From the NCBI RefSeq assembly GCF_018350175.1, contig NC_058369.1, positions 20,400,001 through 20,464,000 of the forward strand: a stretch of 64,000 nucleotides of DNA, given 5' to 3'. Under the pieces are notes generated by a model. That model saw only the letters and a program-made list of their open reading frames with translations, did not search any database and was not told where the DNA came from. Of this stretch, positions 1 through 12,742 are shown in pieces. The first letter of the stretch is position 1. The number at the start of each line of letters is the position of its first letter. This DNA comes from Felis catus (Eukaryota). Made by a program: the position numbers and the translations under genes.

Positions 1-1196
1 GAAATTATGTGCTGTAGCAGTACTCTCTACTTTGGGCATTTTGCAAAGGTATCTTCTCTCTTGCCTCCTGTGCTTTCCCTTCATGTCTGTTGTGAAGTCT
101 GATTTGACGCTTTGCTTGTGAAACCCTACTCTTTGTTCACAGCCTTTTCTCACCTAATGAATCCTTCTGGGAATTTGAGGTTTTATTTTTTGTGGTTGGT
201 AGCCTCAATACATCAAAATGTTCATGAGTAGAATGAAAAAGTAAAAGTTCTGTTGATTGACCTTCCCCCACCTCCTCCCTGCAATACAGATCCCTAGCAC
301 GCTTTTGTTTGTCCATTGGACCAGCTTTACTGTCTTCTAGGTTAACAGACACAAGTAACACATTTTGAAGGATTATCACCTTAGTGTGTGTACACAAGTC
401 CTCTCTCAAAAGACACAGAATGAGCTTTTGCTATTTCTCTTTGCTCATTCCCTCTTAAAAGAGGCAGCACTTAATGCCATCCTAGTTTTCTCTTGCTTGT
501 TGTGGACACCCTTACATAGGAGTCCTAGTGGAGTTTGCATGTTATGGAAAGATTTGTATGTTATTCTGTGCTTCTGCCACCATTTAAAGTGGGTTTGCAG
601 GCAGGAGAATGGGTGTGGGGTTTTGCCAGCCTGAGATCCAGAGGGAGGGGCAACAGTTCCCCAAGGCCACAAACAGGCTTATTCTCTTCATTCTTCTTTT
701 AGAACCCCCACTTGGATGATGCTGAGATCCTGTTTTCCCCTCTTACACTCAGCTGTCAGGTTCAGTGGGGATGCCTGGAGATTGCTTTCTAGCCTCCTTG
801 AGAGAGGCTGCCAATTGGAGTCCTCACAGAAGAGCAGGAAGCCCAGCATGGACTGACATGTCCCTTGAACCAGCTCCAGTCTTGACACTTCTCTCTGGTT
901 ATATAACATCAAGCAGCTGCAGCTTCCAGAACCACTTTATTCCTTATAGTGCTGAATGGCAGGTGGAGGAAGCACTGACCCTTTAGTGATCCTGAAGTTT
1001 CCAGGAATAATTTGCTTGAGTATTTAATTCTATTTTTATTTCTCCCATGTTTGCATCACTCATACTTTGGGAAATAAGCAAGGCAATAGTCCATTGCTTC
1101 AGTCTTCCCACTAAGGTCCTTAGCCTAGTCCCTATTTATTGATTGATTTATTTATTTAGGGTGATGTTTTTTAGATTTTTTATTATTTTTAAAAGT

Positions 1197-1503
1197 ATTT
1201 ATTTAATTTTTTATTTTAACGTTTACTTATTTATTTTGGGACAGAGAGAAGGAGAAAGAGAATCCCAAGCAGGCTCCGTGCTGTCAGTGCAGAGACCCAC
1301 GCGGAGTCTCACAAACCGTGAGATCATGACCTGAGCCAAAATTAAGATTTGGTCGCTCAACCAACTAGGCCACTCAGGCACCCCAAAGTTTTTTTTTTTT
1401 TTAATGTTTCATTTGTTTTTGAGAGAGATAGTAGCTGGGAAGGGGCAGAGAAGCAGGGGACAGAGGATCTGAAGCTCAACTGACTGAGCCACCCAGGCAT
1501 CCC
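1197..1503 (-). mobile_element. Two tandem CanSINEs (about 1197-1384 and 1389-1503, second internally deleted)
   Basis: Antisense CanSINE heads ...caggcacccc, (GA)n, T tails. Confidence 0.85.
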
Positions 1504-2303
1504 TCACATAATCTTTTTAAAAAATCTTTATTAGACAGTTAAGAGACCTTTGGAAGTAAAATTACAAGGGAAAATTTTGAGGAAAGAGTGGCCAGTCTAT
1601 TATCACTCGAGACCTTTAGCAGATCTGGAAGGAAGAGCTCTCCCCACCCCAGGCAGCTGACTGAAGATCGCTAGGTGCCATGGTCACCAGGTGCCTTGGG
1701 TCATATGTTGCTCTTGGATGGGCTGCAGCTGTTTCCAGATAGGATTCAGCTCTTCAACTTTGCATGCTGGGTAGTGGGGTTTCCCTCCCTCCCTTAATGT
1801 GTTACAATGGCTAGGTGTCGTGTTGCTTCTGGAATTCTGGGGGATGGAAGGATGGGGTAAATCAGGCTGAGGATATATGATCAGCATTAATGTTTAGCAT
1901 GGAGACTTCAGTTAAGGAGGGGAAAAAATTAGTGTGAGTTTTCTCATGGCTGATGGAATAATAAAGTTGAGTGATTGGAGTAAGTGTGGGAATAGTTCAA
2001 GAACCAGCCTACATTTCTGAAGTAATGATTTCGGTTTTGACTACTGTAGGCGATGAAGTTTTTCAGATTTGTAAGTATTCTTTATTACACTTACAACTCC
2101 TTTGCTATTTATTTTATAAGTAGCATCTAGTCTGTGGCTTATCTCTTAACATTGTTGATAGTGTTCTTTGTTGTAAAAAAAAAATCTGTAATTTTATTGT
2201 AGTCACTTTAAATAAGCTTTTCCATTGTTCAGTGGTCATTTATTTCATGGGTGGAAAAGAGGCATATTTTAAAGATTGGAATGTGGTTTTCATCAACATC
2301 TTT

Positions 2304-2507
2304 GTTCTTAAGTGTTTATTTTGAGAGGGGGGTGTGAAGAAAGCATGAGCAGGGGAGGGGCAGAGAGAGAGGGAGAGAGAAAAATCCCAACCAGGCTCCT
2401 TGCCATCAGCACAGAGCCCAATGCGCGGCTCAAACCCACAAACTGTGAAATCATGACCTAAGCGGAAATCAAGAGTCAGACGCCCAACCGAGCCACCCAG
2501 GCACCCC
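2304..2507 (-). mobile_element. CanSINE
   Basis: Antisense head, (GA)n and tail. Confidence 0.85.
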
Positions 2508-2635
2508 TCATTTTTTTTTTTAAGGATGCCTTGTGAAGAGCAGAAGTTTTTAATTTTGATGAAGCACTTTTATCATTTTTTTTGCTTGTGGTTCAAGCTT
2601 TTTGTATCCTGCTTAAGAAATCTTTACTTACCCTA

Positions 2636-2842
2636 GGGGTGCCTGGGTGGCTCAGTTGGTCGAGTGTCTGACTTCACCTCAGGTCATGATCTCACAGTTC
2701 ATGGTTTCGAGCCCTGCATGAAGCTCTGTGCTGACAGCTTGGAGCCTGGAGCCTGCTTCGGATTCTGTGTCTCCCTCTCTCTCTCTCCCTCCCCTACTCT
2801 CACTCTTTCTTTCTTTCAAAAATAAACATTAAAAAAAAGAAA
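2636..2842 (+). mobile_element. CanSINE
   Basis: ggggtgcctgggtggctcag head; TSD aagaaatctttact. Confidence 0.88.
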
Positions 2843-3269
2843 AGAAATCTTTACTAAGCCTAAAGTTGCGAATATTTTCTACTACATTTTCTGCTAGAAG
2901 TTTTATAGTTTAAGCTTTTATATTTAGGCCTTGATCCATTTTGAATTATTGTTTATGTATAATATGTAATGAGGTGAGAATTGTATCTGTTGCAAATGGT
3001 GTGTTGGAAAGATTATCTTTCTCCATTGAATTACTTTTAATTACCTTTACAAAGAATCAATTGACTATAAATGTGTGGTCTAATTCTGGACTGTATTATA
3101 TTAATTACTATGTTTATCCCTAGGCAAAATCATAATTACTGTAGTTTCAATCAGATAGTACAAGAATTCCAACTTCATTGTTGTCTTAAAAAATTATTTT
3201 GATTACTGTAGGACTTTTGCATTTTCATAAGAATTTTAGACTTCTGTCAATTTCAGTTACAGATAGTGG

Positions 3270-3710
3270 CCACAGTTAAAATAGCAAAGTGGAAGCTACA
3301 TTGCCTTTTATGCTAGCCTTGGAAGTTATAGTGTCACTTCTGTCTTATTCTTTTGGTTATAAGCAAGTCATAAGCCCACCCAGATTCAAGAGAAAAAGAT
3401 TAGAATTTATTTCTCAATAGGAGGAGGATCAGGGTCAAACTGTAGGAAAGCATTGGGATGAAAGATATTGTTACATTCATCTTTGGAAAAAAGACTTCCA
3501 CATTCCAGCCTCTGGCCACAGTAATTCACATCATCCCACATGCAAAATACACTGCCCCCTTTCCTCAAGACCCTCAAAGTTTCATTCCATTTCAGCATCA
3601 GTTTATAGTCCAAGATCTTGTCATCTAACTCAGATCCATGTGTGAATGTGGCTTTTAGTTGTAGTTTCTTGAATTCACTCCCTAAGTACAGTTTCTCTTA
3701 TCTGAAGACT
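3270..3710. mobile_element. MLT1 (ERVL-MaLR) LTR relic; approximate
   Basis: gtcacttctg..ttggtt..aagcaagtca..cccagattcaag and cccacatgcaaaatacac motifs. Confidence 0.55.
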
Positions 3711-4269
3711 TTTTTCTAAGTCTTTTGTTTAACAGAGATCTTCTAGGCATGCCTGCAAAATCTTTAGGAGGCTTTTAGTCTGTTTGAAAAGGTCTATGAG
3801 GCACTACTTTAAATATTTCTGAAATCATAACAAAGGATCTTACAGGTCTACCCTGGATTTGATATCAATTTTCCATGTTACTACTGGTGATAGAGTTGCT
3901 AAACTGTCTGAAACAGTGTTTCTTTTCCTTTAGCTTTCTGTAACATTTTCCTTTAAGCCTTCATCAATAATCTCCTTGAGACCCTTTGGGCTTTTATGAC
4001 CAGTTTCCTTATGACCCTTCCAGCTTCTTCTCACCACTTAACACCAAACGCAAAACCATACTCTAATTTTTTATTGATTTGTTTATTCTTATTTACCCCA
4101 AGTACCAAGTTCCTGTTTCAGTTACTAATACTGTGTCATAAATTTCCCCAAAACTTAAATGATTTAAAACAATAACATTTATTATTTCTTTTGGTTGCTG
4201 CTTGGCTGACAGTCTAACATCTAGGCCATCTAGATTTCCCTCCTTCCCTCCCTTCCTGTCTGCCTTCCT

Positions 4270-4382
4270 TCCTTTCTTTTTCAATTTTCTTAAAGTAAGC
4301 TGTACCCCCAGTGTGGGGCTGAAACTCACCACTCCAAGATCAAGAGTTGCAAGCTCTACTGACTGAGCCAGACAGGTGCCCC
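4270..4382 (-). mobile_element. Short CanSINE (tRNA-like head only)
   Basis: Antisense ggggcacctgtctggctcagtcagtagagc. Confidence 0.75.
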
Positions 4383-5596
4383 TAGATTTCTCCTGATTGA
4401 ATTTTTCTTGACTATGGATACTTTCCTGTTTCTTTGCATATCTGGTGATTTTTGAGTAAATAAAATGGTCTTTGTGCATAATATATTGTAGGGGCTCTGC
4501 ATTCTTGTTCATTCTAATTTTCACAGGCAGCTCAGTTACTGATTGATCCATCACCTTGAACTTATGAAGCCTTGGTTTTATGCCATTTTGGTACCAATCT
4601 GTGAAAAGCCCAAGATGTTTTCCAATCTAATTTGGTAGGACTCAATCTCTAAATTCTCTCTTCTTGCAGACCTTGTCAGGGCTTGGTTTTAGGCTTTGTT
4701 AGGGAGGATCCAGTATATAGGTCTTACTGTAGAATGTGGTTCATACTCTTAGGGACAGCCTTTCTTTTGTCTCAGCAGGATGGCAGGGGTGTTATATAAA
4801 ATGTTAATGACATCTTTAAACTCTGGCAAGTCTACAACTCCCCAATTCCCCTGGCATTGCTCTTCCCCTAGCACTGCTAGGCTTCTAATATCTCTATGCT
4901 GCTCTCACTGTGGTCAGATACATACTCTGAATGATTTCACTTGTTTGAAATTTGTTGAGGTTTGCTTTATGGTGCAGTATATGGACAATTTTCATAAATG
5001 ATGCATGAGCTGTTGAAAACAATGTGTGTTTTGTCATTGTTGAGTGAAGTGTTCTTTCTAAATATGTTTGTTAATTCAGGTTTGTTGTTTCATTCAGTTC
5101 TTGTATAGCCTTACTGGTGTTTTTGTCTGTTAGCTCATATTCTTGAAAGAGATTTGTTAGTCTCTCATTATGATTGTAGATTTCTGTATTTCTTCTTTCA
5201 GTTTTGTCAGTTTTAATGTATTTTGACACTAAGGTGTTGTGTGTATACAGAATTGATATTGTTATATTTTCTTTGTACAATGACCTTTTGTCATTATGAA
5301 ACATCCCTTTTTATTTCTAGTAATGCTTCTTACCCTAATGTCTCTTTCACCTGATTTAGTATAGATAGATATGTCAGCTTTTGATTAGTGTTTATTCTTT
5401 TACTTTTTTTTTTTTTTGGTCTATTCTTTTACTTTCAACTTTTTCTCTGTTCTTATTTGTTTTTCATGCTTGCACCAGTTAGTTGGGTTTTGTTTTTTTG
5501 ATTCAGTCTGACAGCTTTAGTCTTTTAATTGAAATATTTAGTCAATTTATAGTTGATGTAATTATTGATAGAGTTGTGTTAAAATTTATCATCTTG

Positions 5597-5813
5597 GGGC
5601 GCCTGGGTGGCGCAGTCAGTTAAGCGTCCGACTTCAGCCAGGTCACGATCTCACGGTCCGGGAGTTCGAGCCCCGCGTCAGGCTCTGGGCTGATGGCTCG
5701 GAGCCTGGAGCCTGTTTCTGATTCTGTGTCTCCCTCTCTCTCTGCCCCTCCGCCGTTCATGCTCTGTCTCTCTCTGTCCCACAAATAAATAAACGTTGAA
5801 AAAAAATTAAAAA
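5597..5813 (+). mobile_element. Young felid CanSINE (SINEC_Fc-like)
   Basis: CpG-rich tRNA-derived head, (CT)n, AATAAA tail, TSD AAAATTTATCATCTTG. Confidence 0.93.
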
Positions 5814-6060
5814 AAAATTTATCATCTTGCTGTTTATTTTCTATATCATCTTCTATTTTGTTCTTTTTCCTTTGGATTAATCAAGTTGTTGGCATTTTTT
5901 TGTTTTTGTTTTTGTATGATTCAGTTTTCTCCCTATTGGCTTGTTAGTTATACAATCTTTTACTGTGCTTTTAGTGGTTATTTAGGTTATGGTATGCATC
6001 CTTGTCTAATATAAATCATTGCTTTTATTACTTCCCCAGCTGTATTAGAACCTTAGAACA

Positions 6061-6140
6061 TTTTATTTTATTTTATTTTATTTTATTTTATTTTATTTTA
6101 TTTTATTTTATTTTATTTTATTTTATTTTATTTATTTTTA
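6061..6140. repeat. (TTTTA)16 microsatellite
   Basis: Perfect pentanucleotide run. Confidence 0.95.
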
Positions 6141-6221
6141 ACCTTACAGCATTTTAAATCTGTTTACTTCTTTCCTGCCTTTTAGGTTATATATCCTTAT
6201 TTTAACTCTACACATTTTACT

Positions 6222-6455
6222 TAAAAAAAAATTTTAATGTTTACTTTTGAGAGAGAGAGAGAGAAAGAGTGAGCGAGTGAGTGAGTGAGCATGAATGGGG
6301 AAGGGGCAGAGAGGGGGGGGACACAGAATCTGAAACAGGCTTCAGGCTCTGAGCTGTCAGTGCAGAGCCTGACATGGGGCTTGAGCCTATGAACTGGGAG
6401 ATCATGACCTGAGCTGAAGTCAGATGTTTAACTGACTGAGACACCCAGGCACCCC
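6222..6455 (-). mobile_element. CanSINE
   Basis: TSD tctacacatttta. Confidence 0.88.
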
Positions 6456-6672
6456 TTAATTCTACACATTTTAAATGCTATAAAATGTTATTGTTTTTCT
6501 ACAGTCAGTATTCATTATATTTGCCTCATCTATACCCTTTTTGTTCCTTTAGTTATTTATTTATTTATTTATAGGAGTTTATTTGAGCAAACATCAAATA
6601 GGGTGGTACCAACTAGAAGAGGTTAGGAGCCTTTCCTTTTATGGTGTTTTTCATTCCTTCATTTCTTTCTTC

Positions 6673-6711
<39 letters not shown>

Positions 6712-7348
6712 TTTTTTTTTTTTTTTGTCTGAGGTCATTTTTTTTCTGGCTCAAGGACTCCCTTTGGTATTTAGGTTTGAAAATGTTTTTTGGCAACAAA
6801 TTTAATGTGTGTTTCTGTTTGTCTGAAAATTGCTTTATTTTGCCCTCATTTTTGAATGATGTATTAGCTGGTACAAATTCTAGGTTGCCAGTTATTTTCT
6901 TTCAACACTTAGAAGATTTTCCACTGTCTTCTAGCATCTTTCATGTCTGAAAAATACATTGCCATTCCTATTGTTGCTCCTTTGAAGGTAATGTGTTCTC
7001 CCCCACTTATGACTACTTGTACAGCTTTTTATTTGGTATTAGTTTTCAAAAGTTTTGCTATAAGCTCCCTAGGAATGGTTTTTTGTTGTGTTTTGTTTTT
7101 TTCTATTTATCCTACCTGTCATCCATAGAGCTTTTTGATTCTGGTTATTATATATGTTATTTCTAGAATTTCCCTTTGATTGTCTTTTTTTATTGAGTCT
7201 GATTATTTGGTGACATTATCCCTGTTTTTATTTTCTCCATTTCTTTGTTTTCTTGCACATTTTATCAGTTATTTATTATTATTATTTTTTTTTAAGTGTC
7301 TAGACCACCAGTGATTCTGGTTCTGTTGTCTGTTTATCACCTCTTAGC

Positions 7349-7790
7349 TTTTTTTTTTTTTTTGATACATTATCTTATTTTATTCAAATACCAGTCTGAT
7401 CACACATGGTCCAAAAACACTCAAATAACAAACCAAGTATAGACAGATGTTAAAGATTGGTCTTCAAATATCATAGCCAATGATGCCACGCTTTCCTATG
7501 ATCTCGCTGACATAAAATCACATCCACACCTCGGTAGCCACCAAACCATTCAGCAGAGCTTCCTTAACTGTGAGCTGTTTGAAGCTACCAGTTTGAGCAC
7601 TCTTGACTATTTTTTTCAAGCTCTGAATAGCTGTAGGGATCTCAGCAGGGGTTGGAGGAACCAACTCAACCTTGGCATAGTGTCAAAATGTGGCCAATTG
7701 AGTCTTCGAGCAAGTCACAGCAGCCTTCACCAGCTCTGGGGCCTTCTCCGTGAGGTTACGGACAAACTGGGCCATGATTCCAGGATTTTC
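7349..7790 (-). pseudogene. ATP5MG: ATP5MG (ATP5L, ATP synthase subunit g) processed pseudogene
   Basis: Intronless 312-nt CDS relic 7775..7464: MAQFVRNLTEKAPELV...GIIGYDI*, with TGA at codons 31 and 86. AATAAA at 7384-7379, polyA tail, TSD cctcttag(c/t)tttt at 7340 and 7791. Confidence 0.93.
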
Positions 7791-9244
7791 CCTCTTAGTT
7801 TTTGATCATTTGGTCTTGTCTCCTGGCATAGCTGGTAATTTTTCATTGAATGCTGGGCAGTGTACATAAAAAGTTATAGAGACTATGGATAATATCTTTA
7901 GAGAAGTTGTCCTTTTCTTCTTCTAGGCACATACAGTGGGGCTGATCACCTTAATCCAGCAGGACAAAGCTGAATAAATGTCAGATCATAGTTTATAAGC
8001 CTTTGTTTACTCCTGGCACAACCCTGTTTCTAGAGTAAGGCCATCCCATAGGTTCCACTTGAGAACGAAGGTGTTCCCTGGAACCATCTGCTCTGGTGGT
8101 TCCTAAATTTCTAATCCTTCTCTGCACCTTGAGATTGCAGAAACATATTCTCTGTGTTTCAGTGGCTTTTAGCTTAGCTTTTTAGTCTCCCATCTCACCT
8201 TTAGAGCAAAGCAAATGACCTGATGAAAATGAACTGAGTTTTTGGCTCAGTTTTGCTTTTCCCATTTCATTAGGATCATGGTCTCTCATGTCTTCAATTT
8301 TTGTCTTTTTAGCCTCATGAAATTGTCAAAAGTTCTGGTTTCTTTGCTTTTTATTAACAGCCCTCAGTTTGGATGACTCTCAGTTTGCCCCAACACTCAG
8401 ACTTGGCAAAAGAGGGGAATAAATGGCAGGAGAATGCTAGCTCACCTCTTCTTAATTTCCCTTTCTCTGTAATCTTGTCCCTTCTACTTCTGGTTCTCTC
8501 AGCATCTCTTCAATGCCTTCAAAAAGGTTTTGTTGTTTTTAAATTCAATAACATGTTTCTAGCTATTCTTAGTGCAAGCAGTGGTTTGCCTCAAGCTATT
8601 CCATCTTAGCTGGAAGCAGAAGCACCAAGCCAACATTTAAAAATATGTATATATTCTTATTGAGGTACATTTTAAAGTTATAATTCAATGATTTTTAGTA
8701 TATTCACAAGGTTTTTAACTATCACTACTGTCTAATTTCAGAACATTTTCATTACTCCAAGAAACAACCCTGTTATCCATAGGCAGGCACTCCCATTACC
8801 CTCTATCTCAGCCCCTTGCAACCACTATCCTGCTTGCTATCTATATAGATTTACTTGTTCTGGGCATTTCTATAAATGGAATTGTACAATATGAGGCCTT
8901 TTGTGTCAGACTTCTTTAACTTAGTGTAATGACTAAGCCAACTGTGTGTATGTGTGTGTTAAGATATATGTAACATGAAATTTACCATTTTGGCCATTTT
9001 AAAGTGTAGAATTCTGTGGCATTAAGTACATTTACACTGTTTTGTAACCTTCACCACTATCCATTACCAAAACTTTTTAATCATCCCATATTGAAACTCT
9101 GTACCCTTTAAATCATCACTCTCCATCACTTTCTGTCTTTATTTTAACTATGCTAAATACTTCATATAAATAGAATCATGCAGTATTTGTCCTTTTGTGA
9201 CTGAATTATTTAATTTAACATAATGTCCTCAAGAATCACGTTGT

Positions 9245-9405
9245 AACCCAGCAATTGCACTACTAGGTATTTATCCAAGGGATACAGGTGTGCTGTTTCA
9301 AAGGGGCACATGCACCCCAATGTTTATAGCAGTGCTATCGGCATTAGCCAAAATATGGAAACAGCCCAATTGTCCATCGATGGGTAAATGGATAAAGAAG
9401 ATGTG

Positions 9406-9474
<69 letters not shown>

Positions 9475-9934
9475 CACATACACACACACACACAATGCAG
9501 TATTACTTGACAATCAAAAAAAAAAATGAGATCTTGCCATTTGCAACTATGTGGATGGAACTAGAGGGTATTATGCCAAGCAAAATAAGTCAGAGAAAGA
9601 CAAATATCATATGACTTCACTCATATGTGGAATTTAAGATACAAAAAAGATGAACATAAGGGAAGAGAAGCAAAAATAATATAAAAACAGGGAAGGGGAC
9701 AAAACATAAGAGACTCTTAAATACAGAGAACGAACAGGGTTGCTGGAGGGGTTGTGGGTGGGGGGATGGGCTAAATGGGTAAGGGGCATTAAGAAAGACA
9801 CTTGTTTTTCTTAATGAAGCACTGGGTGTTATACATAGGGGATGAATCACTAGAATCTACTTCTGAAATCATTATTGCACTAGATGCTAACTAACTTGGA
9901 TGTAAATTTAAAAATAAATAATAAAAGAAACAAA
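9245..9934 (+). mobile_element. 5'-truncated carnivore L1 (ORF2 end and 3'UTR)
   Basis: L1 ORF2 C-terminal peptides, A-rich tail, TSD AAGAATCACGTTGT at 9231 and 9935. Confidence 0.9.
9417..9470. repeat. (TA)n microsatellite within L1
   Basis: Read directly. Confidence 0.95.
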
Positions 9935-10230
9935 AAGAATCACGTTGTGGCATGTGTCAGAATTTCTAAGGCTGAATAATATTCTATTGTATGTATATAT
10001 CACATTTTACTTACCCTTTTATCCATCAGTGGATACCTAGGTTGTTTCCTTGTTTTAGCTATTATGAATAATGATCCTGTGAGCAAGACTGTATGTCAAG
10101 ACTCTGCTTTCAGTTCTTTTGAGTATATGTCCAGAAGTGGAATGGCTGGATCACATGGCACTCCAGTGTTCTAACTTATTGAGGGATTGCCCTACTGTTT
10201 TCCATAGCAGCTGTGTCATTGTGCATTCTT

Positions 10231-10648
10231 TTTTTGGGGGCGGGGGGGGGGGGAGAATAATGATGAATTCAATTTTATTTATTCTTTTTTTAATTTTATT
10301 TTTTAAATTTACATCCAAATTAGCATATAGTGCAACAATAATTTCAGGAGTAGATTCCCTAATGCCCCCTACCCATTTAGCCCATCCCCCCTCCCACAAC
10401 TCCTCCAGTAACTCTGTGTTTGTTCTCCTTATTTAAGAGTCTCTTATGTTTTGTCCCCCTCCCTGTTTTATATTATTTTTGTTTCCCTTCCCTTATGTTC
10501 ATCTGTTCTGTGTCTTAAAGTCCTCATATGAGTGAAGTCATATGATACTTGTCTTTCTCTAATTTCACTTAGCATAATACCCTCCAGTTCCATCCACATT
10601 GTTGCAAATGGCAAGATTTCATTCTTTTTAATTGCCGAGTAATACTCC

Positions 10649-10706
<58 letters not shown>

Positions 10707-11722
10707 CATACCACATCTTCTTTATCCATTCATCCATCAATGGACATTTGGGCTCTTTCCATACTTTGGCTATTGTTGATAATGCTGCTGTAAACATTGA
10801 GGAGCATGTGCCCCTTTGAAACAGCATACTTGTATCCCTTGGATAAATGCCTAGTAGTGCAATTGCTGGGTCATAAGGTAGTTCTATTTTTAATTTTTTG
10901 AGGAATCTCCATACTGTTTTCCAGAGTGGCTGCACCAACTTGCATTCCTACCAGCAATGCAAAAGAGATCCTCTTTCTCCACATCCTCACCAACAGCTGT
11001 CATTGCCTGAGTTGTTAATGTTAGCCATTCTGACAGGGGTAAGGTGGTATCTCATTGTGGTTTTGAGTTGTATTTTCCTGAAGATGAGTGATGTTGAGCA
11101 TTTTTTCATGTGTCAGTCGGCCATCTGGATGTCTTCTTTGGAGAAGTGTCTATTCATGTCTTTTGCCTGTTTCGTCACTGGATTATTTGTTATTTGGGTG
11201 TTGAGTTGGATAAGTTCTTTATAGATTTTGGATACTAACCCTTTATCTGATATGTCCTTTGCAAATATCTTTTCCCATTCTGTCAGTTGCCTTTTAGTTT
11301 TGCTGATTGTTTCCTTCACTGTGCAGAAGCTTTTTCTTTTGATGAGGTCCCAATTGTTCATTTTTGCTTTTGTTTCCCTTGCCTCCAGAGATGTGTTGAG
11401 TAAGATGTTGCTGCGGCCAAGATCAAAGAGGTTTTTGCCTGCTTTTTCCTGGATCATCATGGATTTTGATGGCTTCCTGTCTTACTTTTAGGTCTTTCAT
11501 CCATTTTGAGTTTATTTTTGTGTATGGTGTAAGAAAGTTGTCCAGGTTCATTTTTCTGCATGTCACTGTCCAGTTTTCCCAGCACCACTTGCTGAAGAGA
11601 CTGTCTTTATTCCACTGGATATTCTTTCCTGCTTTGTCAAAGATTAGTTGGCCATACATTTGTGGGTCCATTTCTGGGTTCTCTATTCTGTTCCGTTGAT
11701 CTGAGTGTCTTTTTTTGTGCCA
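10231..11722 (-). mobile_element. 5'-truncated carnivore L1 (ORF2 C-terminal part and 3'UTR)
   Basis: ORF fragments [13 protein letters not shown].., [24 protein letters not shown]..; TSD TCATTGTGCATTCTT at 10216 and 11723. Confidence 0.92.
10651..10703. repeat. (TG)n microsatellite within L1
   Basis: Read directly. Confidence 0.95.
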
Positions 11723-12574
11723 TCATTGTGCATTCTTGCCAATAGTGCACAAGGTTCTCCACATCCTTGCTAATACTTTTATTTATTTTGTTTTGATAGT
11801 AGCCACCCTAAATGGGTGTACAGTGATAAGTTATGGAGTGTCGATTTATATTTCCCTAATGATTAGTGATTTTAAGCATCTTTTATTAATTGGCCATTTG
11901 TGTGTCTTCTTTGGAGAAATATCTATCTTTTGCCATTTTTGTATCAGTTTTTTGTTGTTACGTTTTAGGAGTTCTCTATATATTCTGGATATTAATCCCA
12001 GATCAGATACATGGTTTGCAAATATTTACTCTCATTCCATGGGTTGTCTTTTCATTCTGTTGATAGTGTCTTTTCACGCACAAAAATTTTTAAGCTTTCA
12101 TGAAGTCCTGTTTGTATTTTTTTTTTCTTTTATTGCCTGTGCTTTTGGTTTCATATCCAAGAAATCATTGCCAAACCCAGTGTCATGAAGTTTTTTCCCT
12201 ATGTTTCCTTCTAAGTTTTATAGTTTAAGGTTTTACATTTAGGTCTTTGATCTATTTTGAGTTAATTTTTGTATATGGTATAAGTTAAGGATCTAGTTTC
12301 ATTCTTCAGCATGTGGATATTTGGTTTCCCCCACACCACTCGCTGAAGACTGTCCTTTTCCTATGAATGGTATTGGCACTCTTGTTGTAAATGCTTTGAT
12401 CATGTACGTGAGGGCTTATTTCTGGGCTGTTCATCTTATTTCATTGGTTTCTATATCTGTCTTTATGCCAGTTCCACACTGTTTTGATTACTGTAGCTTT
12501 ATATTAAGTTTTGAAATCAGGAAGTGTGTATTCTCCTTTGTTCTTTTTCAAAATTGTTTTTGCCTATTTTTGTA

Positions 12575-12742
12575 AGCGAAATTTTACTGGAACATAGCTA
12601 CACTTGTTCACTTCTATGTTTATGTATGGCTGCTTTTGAGCTACTCTGGTAATGCTGGCTCATTACAACAGAGACTGTATGACCCACACAACCTAAAGTA
12701 TATACTATCAAGACTTTTTATAGGCAATGTTTGCCAATATCT
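12575..12742 (+). mobile_element. MER58-type fragment
   Basis: ttttactggaacatagc...acagagactgtatg...gtttgccaa. Confidence 0.6.

Larger units (their letters stand above)
4900..7300 (-). mobile_element. Ancient L1M fragments, interrupted by SINEs; boundaries approximate
   Basis: T-rich degenerate L1 ORF2-like sequence; ORF 5071..5304 resembles the L1 endonuclease region. Confidence 0.6.
8650..12570 (-). mobile_element. Older L1 (L1MA/MB-like) host element interrupted by two younger L1s; boundaries approximate
   Basis: Degenerate L1 3'UTR/ORF2 sequence continuing across both insertions. Confidence 0.7.

Noticed and set aside
6061..6140. Regular repeat array (CRISPR-like)
   Set aside because: Simple (TTTTA)n with no spacers, in a mammalian context
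7464..7775. NUMT or mitochondrial-code gene because TGA occurs at Trp positions
   Set aside because: ATP5MG is nuclear-encoded, and the polyA tail and TSD show retroposition
10468..11671. Active L1 ORF2
   Set aside because: 5'-truncated, frameshifted and interrupted by a microsatellite
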